A stretch of 63,993 bases of DNA, counting the filler, from Choristocarpus tenellus KU-1152 (Eukaryota > Protista > Phaeophyceae), in NCBI GenBank assembly GCA_964200185.2. It is 11 parts of 11 records of this genome, joined end to end, with 100 filler letters (N's around TTAATTAATTAA, not from the genome) between each part and the next. Parts side by side here need not be neighbours in the genome. Positions count along the whole stretch, not along the records: positions 25,955 to 36,760 come from CAXNAD020002703.1; positions 36,861 to 47,153 come from CAXNAD020003011.1; 9 more parts are not named here. One strand, written 5' to 3'. How positions within the stretch are numbered: the first letter of the stretch is position 1; every line of letters starts with the position of its first letter. The notes beneath the pieces were generated by a model, which made no database searches, was not told the origin of the DNA, and saw only the letters and a program-made list of their open reading frames with translations. The position numbers were made by a program, and so were the translations under genes. Shown here piece after piece: positions 25,955 through 38,479 of the stretch.

Positions 25955-26178
25955 GTGCAAAAGGCATTTTCACAGCCAGCACATTCTCGCTATTAGATGA
26001 AGTACTTAACTTCACAAGAGATCCTGGTTGCCACTACACCCTCCATGGTCAACGCTTATTGCCGCGACTAAATCGAAATGTTGAACTTGCTTTAAAGGCC
26101 ACTATAGCCCTCTCGCTTGCACCCCACGCTCCCCACACCAACGTCGACATTAACCTCTTCCACCGCTCTTATAGCCAT
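25955..26178 (+). mobile_element. Ty1/copia family A fragment (post-protease to GAG-pre-integrase)
   Basis: First ~130 bp closely match 10742-10870; continues to DINLFHRSYSH. Confidence 0.8.
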
Positions 26179-28886
26179 ATGCCATTGCTGTCCACTCTGC
26201 CTCCGAGCTGGAGAGGCTGACAGCACCTTGAAGCTTGGAGCGCCAGGTCTTGCCTGGCAGAGAGGTCCATCCCAGGGTCCAGTGGTGTAGATGTTTCTCG
26301 TACTTCTATGGAGCCCATCCCAGCCATGACAATGCTTTTAGCGTATATCTGTTGGTCCAGGGTGATGCCATTCTCACCCACAGTGATGCCCACCCCAATC
26401 AGTAAATCAGGCGTACCTAGGTCTCGCCCCTCGTACGTTTCAGCAGTGACGCCCTCATCCTCTGGATCTCCTCTCTGAAGTCCCCAGTGATGGCAGTGTC
26501 CTCCACGTAGGTAGTGAGGATGGCGATGCGTCCGTCTTCACTCTTCTTGAAGTAGAGGCACTCGTCATGTTGGCTTCTTGTCCATACTTCTGCTAGAATC
26601 GTGTTGCATAGTTCATGGTACCATTCCATGGCTGACTGCTTCAGCCCATAGATTGCCTTTTCTACCTTGAGGCAGGGTCTTGTCACTAAAAGCCCCCTTC
26701 TGCCATAACCCTGGCATTTCCTTCTCTATTGTCTCTTGCCTCGTGCCACTGCTCTGCATCTGGCCCACTCAAGACCGCCTTGTATCTTGAGCCCTATGCC
26801 CAATGTTTTGGCTCTCACTCCCAGTTTCACTCCCTGTTGTGGAAGCCTCTTCTTCGTCTTTCATGTTGTCATTGAGCTCAGACTCCCCCAGGCTTGAAGC
26901 CTATCATAACTGAATGTCTTGTACATCCTCTCTCTGAGTAAAGTCCTGTGCCACCAACCTGACCTTGAACTGTTCAGTGGTGGTCCCCTCAGCTGTTGGC
27001 TTTGTCTTAAATTCAGACTTAGTCTTGACAGGATTTCTTCCCTATGTCAAAACCTCTCCGTCTATGAATGTTCCTTTCATCCATTGTTGCTCCATCTTCT
27101 CCATTGTCGCTTGCCATTCTTGTGTGTTAGGCCCCGTGAGTGCCTCTGACATAGATGATGGTTGTTGATGGCCTGGAGTAGATATTATTTACTTCCCAGA
27201 CTTACAAGTGTTGTGCAGGCAGCCCTTTGCTGACATGCCTCCTCTGCTTTTCTATTCTGGCTCCAACCCTGGTCCAGTTAACTCCTCCGCCTCTTTAGAC
27301 GGTGTCGCTCTCCTCTGGCGACAAACGATCTGAAGGTTTCCTCTACCTCCACAGCTGTAGCATGTTCCTTTGAAAGAACCAAGGACTAATATGCTTGATC
27401 AGTCCACAGCTTAAACTTCTTCTGTTGGTCCTGATATCGTCTCTGGTAGGGGGTCCTGTTGTGATATGGTCCGTACGTTGACCAGTTGTATCTTGTCCGC
27501 CTCCTCCGCTTACCTTCTGTTTTCTATTCCATGAGTTTATGATCCCAGTGGCTAGAGTGCCCCGAGGCTACCTGAGGTTAGCTCCTCCTTTCCTTTCTGG
27601 TGGAGGCTTAGTTACTGCTCCTGCTAATGTCCTGCTCCCCTAGTGGTAGGTACAGCAATTGCTTTTCTCATTCCGTGAGCAAGAATCTTGGTTTCTCCAA
27701 TCGATCGGCATGCCCCCCTTTAGGGACAAGTGTTGTGACGAATGCTCCTCCTCCAAGACTTCCAGTTCTTGCTCGTTATTGATTGTACCATATCCCATGT
27801 CGATGATAATACTATTGCCCGTTTCAGCTTCCTGTAGCTTATATCGGGTCTTGTGTTGAGCTGCACGGGGATCTCGTCCTCTGTGCGTCCTTTGTTTTGA
27901 GCTGCATGGGGATCTCGTCCTCCAAATGGGCACATCTGCGCAAATACCTGCGGCATGCCATCTCTGATGCCTATGATCAGAGCTCCTTTCTTGGCATGAT
28001 CTTGGCTGCCTCCAGCTGCTCGTACTCTTGTCCAGATATGATGAGGCGAATTACGAAGTCCGCAGCGTCTTCCACTGACGAGCAGTATATGTCGCGCAAT
28101 TTCATTTCTAGAGTTATGAGCTGCATGGGCCGCTGACTCACAGCGCGCCCCCCATAGATCTGCTCTAATTCGAGCCAGGCTGCCCTCCCGTCGGGGCTGC
28201 CGTTATGCTCTTTTGTGCTAACGACCATCGCTGCTGCTTCCCTAGTGGCCTGGCCCAGAAGGAACCACAAGGCCTCGCGAGGCTTGACGTACTCCTCGTA
28301 CGCGCTGCATCTCTCGAACGATTTATCAGCTGTGGGAGGTGCAGGAATACGGTACGCTGGTTGTAGGATGCGGTACAGTCTCTTGCCGCCCGCATAGCTC
28401 ACCAGCTCCATCCGCCATTCTGCCCACTTCTCCCTTGTATGCCCCTGCGCTCCACTCCATAGTGGCAGCTTACGGGAGTCCGCTTTCATACCAATGAGGC
28501 TCATAACCTATGCAAAAGAGAGCTAGAGCTATTCCAGTGGAGTCTTTGCTTTATGTGATATGGATCTATTTATTAGCAGAGTGAGCACTACCCTCGAGGT
28601 GGGGTGGGTGCTCACCCTTGTTATCTAATGCGTACGTCAGCAAACACCTTAGAGATATGTTTGTGACAGTTTCACTACGTCAACCACTGGTAAGAGTCAG
28701 TTACATTACGTCAGCCACTTATATTACACAGAGATAAGAAATCAATCCACCGAAACTCGACCCTATTACTCTAAGCACACTGGATCAAGTCATTGACACT
28801 TACTCTACTCAATTAACATTTCTGTTGTCTAGTATTGGTCACTAAACACATATAAACCATATAGACTACTTAGCCTATATTGCACT
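26174..28886 (-). mobile_element. Ty1/copia family B, internally deleted copy with 5' LTR and PBS
   Basis: LTR ~28510-28886 homologous to 46114-46424; PBS GGTTATGAGCC at 28498-28508; gag ORF 27977-28504; RT pieces (KAIYGLKQSA, LTTYVEDT); RNase H piece SSSEAEWTAMAY. No protease or integrase core recognised. Confidence 0.85.
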
Positions 28887-30075
28887 CATATATCCGATAC
28901 ATACACATCCAGCTCACCTCATCTTGGTAGCAATATCGAATCTATCCTGGATAATTGCGTAATAGGTTGGGTCTGGCCAATGGTCACCTTCAGTATCTCC
29001 TTCTTGTTCTCACCTTTGGCGGTTTTTTCTTTCTCTGACGCAGCCCTGTCCTCCCTTGTACACTGCTCAAGTATTACCATCGCCTAAATATGCCAAACAC
29101 TCCCCTATACAAAGTCCCATCAAGGCATCATATGGATGGGCTTATGAGAATGGTGGGGATTTCACAAGGCGTTGTGGTTTTCCTCCGAAAGGTGGAGCCT
29201 ATGCGGAGAAACCTATCATACTAACACGTGCAGGTTGTGGGATAATAGGTTACATTTTCCATTCACTATCACTAACCTTAACTCTACCCTCGCAACCCAA
29301 CAAAACTGGCACTTATATTTCATCCAAAAACCTGCGCGAGTAAATACGAATAGATTACACAAAGAGATTACTTGATTGTACATGTGGACAGTATTTCTGT
29401 GCGAGTGGGTGAGCAATCTGACAAACAATTTGACTTGAAAATAAGTCGTTACCTGTGACGTTTTTCCCTTTGCACAATGATACTCTATTGAGGGGTTGAT
29501 GAAAATCATATGCTTCGAGTAGCATAGATATTGGTCATACTTCAATAGGTTGTTATCCTTTCGGGAGAAAATGTAGCAACAAGAATATGAGATTGCACAA
29601 GCAAGGGATCGTTTTTCCTGCCCACAGATGACAAGTTATTCATAACGGATGAGAATATTTAGGGAAAAGAAATATGTATCCCCTCAACTAAGTCCACCAG
29701 AACTGCATATATGCATCTAGAGGGCAGTAGATAAACCATACTTGTGGTGCGCATTATGTACACGATACTCTAACACCTTGCTTGTACATAACAATGATCG
29801 ACATATTTATATAACTTCTCATTCAATACTATCAATAGATCAACGGATAATTCGTGGCAACAAACACTCACTTCTTTACCCAACAAGTGAGTTCCTGACA
29901 GGGTTTTAAATTCCGGGCGGGGCACAACAAACTCGTAAAACATAAACAATTATCGCGTTCCGCCGACTGCTGATTTCCAAGTCGGTGGAGTGTCATGACG
30001 AGATACATTTGCTTCAGATGGTACAGGTTATTCCACATGTACCCATAAAGAAACTTTTTCTTTGACACACCCTAT

Positions 30076-30333
30076 GAGCCAAAGTACCTTAGAGGGTAGA
30101 GCCGCGTCCGTCTGGGGGTCAAAATCCAATGTTGCGATTTTGATGTAATTTTGGCTATTGTGCTTGTTAGGACGTGTCAATACAATTGTTCCGAACACAC
30201 CTTTTCATAACATACGCATTTTACCTACTTCAAAACAATTCGGAGCAGGAAAATGTTATAAAAAAAACGCGGGAAGCCAAGCCCAAAATGGACAAACAGG
30301 GCAAAATTCGTACCCTCTAAGGTATTTGCACTC
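30076..30333 (+). mobile_element. MITE family 1 copy
   Basis: GAGCCAAAGTACCTTAGAGGGTA ... TACCCTCTAAGGTATTTGCACTC; flanks TAT and TTA (imperfect TSD). Confidence 0.85.
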
Positions 30334-30948
30334 TTATCGGCAACTACTTTGCATCAACATATTTTCGGTGTGGGATCTACATATGTGCCCAGAAGTCTCA
30401 CTCGTTAATACACTCAGAGAGAGGCAATTATCCGCGAAAGTATCACAATTCCATGTAGTATTATTAACCGCTCGATGATGAAAGACCTTTCCCTGTGAAG
30501 GGGGTATAGCCTCGATGGACCACGTGGCAAGTACAAAGGTATACCTCTACCCTCCTATCCCAGATAAATAACAAAAAGAATGCGGAAAGCCTAAATCGTG
30601 GTAACAAGGACAAGGTTACATTGCGCCCAGGCAAGTACAGCAAATGTATATTATTACTACTGCTACTACTACTGCTACTACCAAACATAGTGGCAAAGGA
30701 GTATTAGAGTCATGTCACCAGTCCAATTTGCATAAAGATATTGCCACACCAGGAACTGCCAGAAGCATTGGCAAGCAGCTCATTTATTGTAGATACACAC
30801 GACAGGTACAAAGCAGCAGATGTGTGTGCTGGCACCTGTAGGTCGTATGAACGGTCCAATATACACAGAGAAGTTGTCACATCAAAACTTGGGCAAAAAC
30901 ATTGTCACATAGCTCCCCTTTGCGGTCACAAGACAGGTACAAAGGAGT

Positions 30949-31233
30949 GAGCCAAAGCATTCAAGAGGGTAGGAGTTTTTCCCTATTTGTCCGTTTGGGG
31001 CTTGGCTTCCCACGGGTTGTCTATGACGTTTTCCTACTCCGAAACGTTTCGGAGTAAGTAAAATGTGTAAGTTGTGGAGCTGGTATAATGTATATAAAAC
31101 AATGAAAAGGTGTGTCCGGGACAAGGATATTGACACTTCCTAACAAACACGATAGCCTAAATTGCATCAAAATCGCAACATTGGATTTTGGACCCAAACG
31201 AACGTGGCTCTACCCTCTAAGATGTTTTGACTC
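30949..31233 (-). mobile_element. MITE family 1 copy, TSD AGT
   Basis: Inverted copy with TIRs; AGT on both flanks. Confidence 0.85.
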
Positions 31234-31907
31234 AGTATATAAAGCTTTGGGGCACCTGAAGATCATGTCATCAGTCCAACTTGCTCACCGATATATATAC
31301 AGTAGAACTTGCTCAAAACGATGAGAAAATAACACCCCTTTGACAGTTACAAAAATATGTACAAACAGTAGATACGATTCTTGGCATCTGTAAGTTGCGT
31401 TACACTACCCATTTGCTTAAGGACATCTATACATGAGGACTTGAGCAAAGCTATTGGGACGCAGATACCTTTCCGCACATACAAATGAGATATATGAAAG
31501 AGAGGTATACCTTTTCGTACACAATCGACTTGTGACTCCTCTTTCGCAATTGCAAAACAGGCACGAGGGGTATGTATATTTTTTGGCATCATCAGATCTG
31601 GTCGCCAGTCCATTTTGCATAGGCAAGTCGACACATGAGGACATTCGCAAAAGCAATAGCACATATCTCCGTCATGGCTGTTACAGAACAGTAACAAGTG
31701 ATATATTTTGTTTTAGACACCTCTAAACTTAAAGTATCCGAGGGGGGGTGGACAGTATTGAATCGAAGAAGAAATCTGAGGCTGGGGTGACAAGGAGGGG
31801 GGTGCTAGATTAAGAGGACCCCCGAGCAAGCTTTCTAAGTAAGTGGTATAGACTACGGAGGCTCAGCAGGGGAGATAGAAACAGAGGGAAAGAGAAACCG
31901 GATCAAC

Positions 31908-33240
31908 ATGAGGGAGCATGGCACAGAGAGGGGAGGGAGGAATGGAAGAAAACAAGACATCGTGGGAAGGATTCAGAGGGAAGACAGACAAAGAGAAGGG
32001 AGGGACAGAAAGAAAGACACCCGAGGGATGGGGGGAACAAAAGGATCCAAGAGAGGAGGAAAGGAGAGGAGAGTTTTCAGCGCAGAGGATGCGAGAGGAG
32101 ATCGAGAGGGCTAGGAGAAACCTCGAGATAAGTGTCAAGGGCATGAACAAGACGACGGGAGAAGGAGAAGAGAAAAGAGAAGAAATCGAGGAAAAACCGA
32201 GCGAGTCCAATAAGCTCCAGTAACTGTCAACAGAAGTAGCCAATCTGACGGTGAGGATGGACAGCATGACGGATATCCTGCGAGGGCTACACCAGGCAAA
32301 CATTTCACGCCGCTATGAAGGACACAGTGGCTGGAGAGGAGAGGGGAGACCAAGGAATGAAGAGGAACCAAAAACGTGGTCGGCTATGGCCTAAAAGAAT
32401 GAAAGAGAAGTCACTGATCATAATATGGAAAAAGGTCATGCTGAGGAAATATTTCGTTTTCTTCGGGTATGTCCCCCTGTTCATTCAGGCAGGCGACACC
32501 AAGGCTACAAGAAACGAACTACAACGGATAGTCGACGATAAAGCGGACATTTCTGAGGCAGTGGCAGAGCAACTGGAGAATATGGCCAACTTTAACATAA
32601 GGGATTTCATACCCAAAGGAGAGTTGGGGAGGAGGACGAGTAAAAGAGACTATGAACTACTTGATAACTTCGATTGCTTTGTGGCAGCAGTAAGGGAAAT
32701 ATTCAAATACGGAGAGGGCTGGACGCCGGGAAGAAGGAGAATGGAAAAAATGGTGGGGGAACTAGAAGAAGCAAGATACAAGGTACGAACTTTTTATGGG
32801 GCCAACAAACCCACTCTACTTGAACATCCAAGGATTGTAGATTTGGTATATCGAGCAGTGGAGGAGGATCTAGAAGTGTGGGCGAAAGAAATTGCGACAG
32901 CAGCAGACATTGTTGGCAACAAGTTTAAAACTCCACCACCCCCCGAGACATGGATCCCACCACCCTCGACACCCACGTTTATGAGTATGGAAGTCATGCT
33001 GAGCCAGGCAAGGAACATGCTACCCACGCCTTTATAGCGCAGAGTCGAGGTCAAGGTCGATGAAGAGGGCAGGAATGTGGGGGAACAGAGGTCGTTCAAA
33101 TCTCCACGACCAGATGACAGGACTAAGGATGGAGCATAGAGTGGCAAGGGGAGGCCATGTAACCCGTGTTACGCTTTTCAGGCAAGAAAGGATTGTGAAT
33201 TCCTTGAAAAGCATGGTTTCTGCAAGTTCGATCATTTCTT
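31908..33240 (+). pseudogene. YR-retrotransposon ORF1 (gag-like)
   Basis: Charged N-terminal segment, 240-aa ORF 32315-33037, and CYAFQARKDCEFLEKHGFCKFDH at ~33167-33234. Stops and frameshifts present. Confidence 0.65.
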
Positions 33241-33379
33241 AGAGGGGGGGGGAGATGCGAGGAAGGGAGACAAGGCCAAGTCAGATTCTACCAAAAAGGA
33301 CCCCTGAGGGTGCGGGCCCATCCCCGGGGGGGATGGGCCAGCGAGACAGGACCAGTGGAGTTCAGTACTACCACAACAT

Positions 33380-35633
33380 GTGCAGTGGACGACAGGGATT
33401 CCGCGACCAGGGTCTTTGCACCGGTCAATCAAAGGTAGAGAGGGTGGGGGAAGGAAAAGGAATGAAGTTGATAAGTGGTTTGAGGTTTGGGAGAGGTTAA
33501 AAAGAGAAAAAGAACTAGAGTTAGCAGGGACAGAGTTGAGAAATTTAGCAAAGAAAGGAGAAGTGTTGCTTGACAAGTGCAAGGGGGACTTGGGGGAAGT
33601 AGTAGGTAGGTTGGGTGAGAGATGGTGCCCTCAACATTTGAAGTGGGAAGAGATTGATAGACATTTTGGAAAGAAGGTGGGATTAGAGAGACTTTAGCAG
33701 GTAGTGCAATCAGGGGTACCGGTAGATTTGAACAGGGAGGGGAGAGTGGACGAGAGGTTGGGTTATGGCAACCATAGGAGCGTGGGGACTAATAGTAAGA
33801 CCCTTTTAGAAAAGATTATAGCGGATGTGCTTCAGGGTAGGGCATTGGTGTTCAGCAAAACGGCATGGATGAAGATTCAAGGTTTGCAGGTGTCCCCAGT
33901 TGGTGTATTCCAAGAACCAACAAAGGTGAGGATTATTCATGACTTGTCGTGCCAGCAAGAGGGGTGAGGTCTGAGTGTGAATGAACAGACAGATTTAAAG
34001 GATGCCCTCCCAGTACATTGTGGAACATTGTTGGAGGGTGTGGTTGGGAGGATTGTGGGGCTGAGGAAGAAATTCCCCGGAGCAAGAATTATGATAAGTA
34101 AGATGGATATTAAGGATGCGTTTCGCCAAGTCCCAGTAGAACCAAAGGGGGAAGCTAAGTTTGGGTATCGTGTAGAAGAGGTAATTGTCATTGACCTTAG
34201 GCTTCAGTTTGGGTGGAAGAATAGCCCAGGGTGGTGGGACCTAATGGCAAGTGCGTTAGAATTTTCCCATTGTCACACAAAACCCCAGTCGGCAGTCATA
34301 CTCAAGTAAGTAAAAGAAATGATCACAGGGGTAAGCCACTCGCAACAGAAGGGGGGAGGGAAGGTTCCCAAAGTGGTAGGGGGGGGAGTAGAGGACACGT
34401 TCATTGCCAGGATGTATGTAGATGACAGTATTCTAGTGGAAGCCCAATGGTTTGAGGATGGAAGGAGTTGGCAGAAAACTCACTAGTGTCGGACCACATA
34501 AGATTGCTGGGGCAGAGACAGGTAGAGGAACCCCCTATTTTGTCAGCTAAAAAGCTGACGGGATGGCATACCACGCAGGTTGTCGTAGGTTGGAAGATAG
34601 ACACTGAACAAATGACGATTGCTTTGCCAGAGGGGAAGTTGCAGAGATTGAAGCGTTTGCTAGAAGGGTGGCCTGAATCGAGGTCAGTAGTCAGAGTACG
34701 AGATGTTTGGTTGTTGCTTGGAAAATTGTTTCACATGTCGTACGTGGTGCGCCCAGGGAGATTTTTTCTTTTACGGCTGGTGAGTCTGTCGGGGCTACAC
34801 CAGAAGGGGGGTTGGTTGAGAAGGATAGCGCAAGGGGGGGGTCAGAGGGAACAGAGTGTAGGGGTGAGGGAGGGGAACAGAGAGATCCGGTTAGGGAGGG
34901 AGTTTAAGGAAGACTTGTATTGGTGGAGGTGGGTGGTAGAAAGAGGTCTGGCAGAGGAGGGGAAAATCTGAGTTCCCCCTTTATTGGTCTTGTAGTGAGA
35001 CCACCAGTATGCACGTGGTAGTCAAATGTGTATTTTACAGCTGTAGGAGGATACAAGGTCGAGACGGTTAAGTGGTGGAGGTATGATTTCCCAGAGAAAG
35101 TAAGGAGGGATATCAAACGGAGCGTAGTAAAAGGGGAGAAAAGGAGTATTTCCATCAACGTATTAGAATTGCTGGGGATGGTAATGAATGCATGGCTATT
35201 AGTAATGAGAGTAGGAGGGAGGGCAAAGAAGAAAGGGAACCCAGTATTGATGAGAGGAGACAATAAGTCAGCAGTGCAGTGGTTTCATAAATGTGGGGGA
35301 GCGAAGGATAGGAGGGCAGGGGGGTTGATGAGGATAATGGGGGTATTGGAGATAGCCGGGGAATGGTCCTTTGCTGCAGATCATGTTGCCGGAAAAAAGA
35401 ACAAACTAGCAGATGGTATCTCAACATGGGATAGGGACGAGATTTTAGCTAGCCTCCTGAATGCATGCCCACGCGTTGATTGGCAGGAGCAGCCCCTGGG
35501 TCAGGACGGGGAGATGGTGTGTTTGAATGCCTCGCAGCAATGTACACCAGAGGATCGGTTGCGCCATCTACTCCGAAGTGTTATGAGGCAGCTTGGGGGC
35601 AATGGTCTGGGTTCCGTACATCTAGAGGACTGA
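33380..35633 (+). pseudogene. YR-retrotransposon reverse transcriptase and RNase H
   Basis: SPVGV..KVRIIHDLS; SKMDIKDAFRQVPV; LQFGWKNSPG; YVDD at ~34416-34427; INVLELL; RGDNKSAV; HVAGKKNKLADGIS. Several premature stops and frameshifts. Confidence 0.9.
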
Positions 35634-36660
35634 GTAGGTGGTTAAACCCCAGAAGTCGAGAATGGGATGTAGTAAGGGCTTTAACTGAGTTCATGTGTTT
35701 CTGTAGTGGGAGTAGAGGTAACCAAGTAGGTACGATAAAGAGAAAGATCTCAGCAATTCAATACTACCACAAACAATTCCTAAACTTCCAACTCCCCACG
35801 CAACATTTTTTTATTTCGTCAGTTCTGATAGGGATGGGGAGGAGTCACACAATAACAGGCAGGCAGCCTAAAACAAGGAGACCCCTGACATGGAGAATGA
35901 TGGTAGAAACAAAATATTGTGCTGGGATGTTAGGAAGGGAGCGTAAGTTGACGAGACGAGGATTGGGGTTCTCTTTCTTTTTCTTGGCGAAAGCGTCGGA
36001 GCTCTGGGCGTATGATGAACGGTGGGGGTGCATGGAGATTTTGCGGTAAGGAGGAAAGATATAGTATGGAGGAAAGGGGTAGAGAGACTACGGCGGGAGG
36101 ACAGACACAGAGCAGAAAGAGTCAAGGTCACATTCAGGGGGTCAAAGGGGGACCAGGGTAGGAAGGGAGCAATGTTGACAAGGTTCAGAGTGAAGGAAGA
36201 AAGAGGGGAAGAGAGCATGGGGGGTTTTGAGTTAGTATTAGCAATTATGGAATGTTTCCCAGAGCTACCTCCTGATGCCCCACTGATGACATTTAGGGAG
36301 GGAGAGAGGTGGAGGGTGGTGACGAGGGGGCAAGCAACGTGTGTACTGAGAAGGACGGTAAAAGGAGTTAAGTTGAAACCAGAAGAGTATGCGTTGCATT
36401 GAGGAAGGATAGGGGGGGGCACCAGGCTGGCGATTATGGGAGTTTCAGAAATGGTAATCCAGAGGGAGGGTAGATGGAAGTCGAGGGCGTTCATGGTGTA
36501 CGTCAGGGCCAACCAGAGGGACTCAGTGGGAGTTTCGGAGGGTTTGGCAGAGAGTAGGAAGGATTGGGTTCAACTGGGGCAGGATGGGCAGGTTGAGCTA
36601 GGAGAAACCAACCCCGAAGGGGAGGGGAGGTCAAGTTCGGGCAGGGTAGATGTCTTCTAG
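35480..36660 (+). pseudogene. Tyrosine recombinase of the YR retrotransposon
   Basis: SVAPST..Y..AWGQW; FFLAKASEL (K at the catalytic Arg position); GSKGDQ; ALH*GRIGG (stop in HSxR); GRWKSRAFMVYVR. Overlaps the RNase H ORF in another frame. Confidence 0.9.
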
Positions 36661-38275
36661 CTCAAAGGCGCAGTAGGAAGGGGAAGATGAAGGGGGGTTC
36701 TTGGATGAGTGGGGAGTGGTGTTGAGTGGTGTGGAGTTGAGGGGTGTTCAATGGTGGAGGNNNNNNNNNNNNNNNNNNNNNNNNNNNNNNNNNNNNNNNN
36801 NNNNTTAATTAATTAANNNNNNNNNNNNNNNNNNNNNNNNNNNNNNNNNNNNNNNNNNNNTACCTTTTATGACCCACAGGAAATTGAGGAGAGATCACAG
36901 AGCAGGAGCCCCCCCCCCCCCCCGATGGGCCCTCAACAACAGTCAATAGTGTGGAATGTTTTTAACGGAATATTCTGGTGATAGATGGGACTCAAGAACC
37001 TGAAAGCAACCCCTTTAAGTACAATGGGGGCAGAAAGAGAGGGGAGAAGCAAAAATGTATCTGTTACTATTTTTGAACCATATATACAATTTTCTAGCTG
37101 AAGGGGAGGGGGGGGGGGATTGGTTGGCATTTGTATTTCGCGCTTTCCCAGCAGGACAGGGGCCAAGGAGGTCATGATCGGTGTTGCTCAAAGGTGCTGT
37201 GGAGGCATGTTCTACCCCATAATGTTATTTTTTCTTTTTTATCTCTTCTGACTCTCCTCACTGCGACTGTGTCTTGCTCAAGGGTTTCTTTTTTTAGCTT
37301 TTCCTCCTCCTATCTCTCTCTCTCTCTCTCTCTCTTTCTACATTTTGATTGGCTAGAATTATTTTTTTTCGTTTTTTGGTTATGTTTTTAGAGAGGTGCG
37401 TGAGGGGGTGTCTGGATTTTATTTTATTGTTGGATCTGGTGGGCTGCGATGGGACTAACGGGAGGTAGGAAAAAGGTCGACCCTGTCCTTTTGCTATTGC
37501 TGACAAGGCGTGTATGTTGAGTATTTCTCTCTGTTCAGCGTAGGGTCACACAGTTTGTGGGGGGGGGCTATGTAAAAAACTGTTCCAACAAACGCTGAAC
37601 AGAGGAGCCTATTGAATGTTTTTTATGCGTATTTTTTCTTATGTAACTGTCTTTTTCCAGGTACCTTGTTGTTCCTATCATGGTAAGATGACTGCTTCTT
37701 TTCTTACTTGGTCTATAGGTTGAGGTTTTGTAGAGATAGAAGCGAGCTCGTATGTACGTTGTTCTATTTTATTTATACTAAACAGCCGTATGCTGCCATC
37801 TCAGATTTAAAGAACAAAGCAAAACATGTACATTCATTTTTTTTTAGAGTGATTTAAAACTTGAATTTGAATTGGTGCATCCGTTCGCAGGGAAGTGAAA
37901 TACGCGCAATTGTATTTTGTGCTTTGTTTTACGTTGGCAGCATTATCTGGTGCATCCTTGTGTTCGGCACTGCATACAGGCGTATTCACTGTTGTCAAAC
38001 TTTGGCATGCACCATTGCCACTCTTGTACTGCGGCATATAGACTGTTGGGCAAAATTTCGCCCCAGTGGAACAGTGATATCTCAATGTTCGACAAAATCA
38101 GAGACAGGGAACCTTCCCAGAATAATCCTTGGGCCATCACCTCCCTAGTTGTATGTTCTCCTCCTGTAGCTGTTTGAATACCGTGCTTTGAAAGGTATAT
38201 ATTCAATTATATACATTAGAGCATTAACCTCCCCCCCACCCTTCACTGTTCCTCTCTTCCTCACTCCTGCAACAG

Positions 38276-38443
38276 ATGGGTTATTATTTCCCTGAGTGGG
38301 CCACGGGGGGTGCCCTGTGGTTTCCAGATCTCTCCATGACAGATCCGAACTATGGACTTCCACTTCTCACCCTTGCGAGCACACTGGTGAATTATCTGCA
38401 GAGCTAGATTGTGATAGTTTATTTTTGTTGTTTAATTCTGAAG

Positions 38444-38479
<36 letters not shown>

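Larger units (their letters stand above)
31750..36760 (+). mobile_element. Tyrosine-recombinase retrotransposon (DIRS order, Ngaro-like), degenerate, 3' end cut by gap
   Basis: Domain order gag-like (with CCCH finger), RT, RNase H, overlapping YR ORF. No methyltransferase domain seen. Termini inferred from homology to 16490-16940. Confidence 0.9.

Noticed and set aside
35480-36660. Phage integrase, prophage or retron-like RT system
   Set aside because: The RT-RNase H-YR order and motifs are those of eukaryotic DIRS-order retrotransposons.
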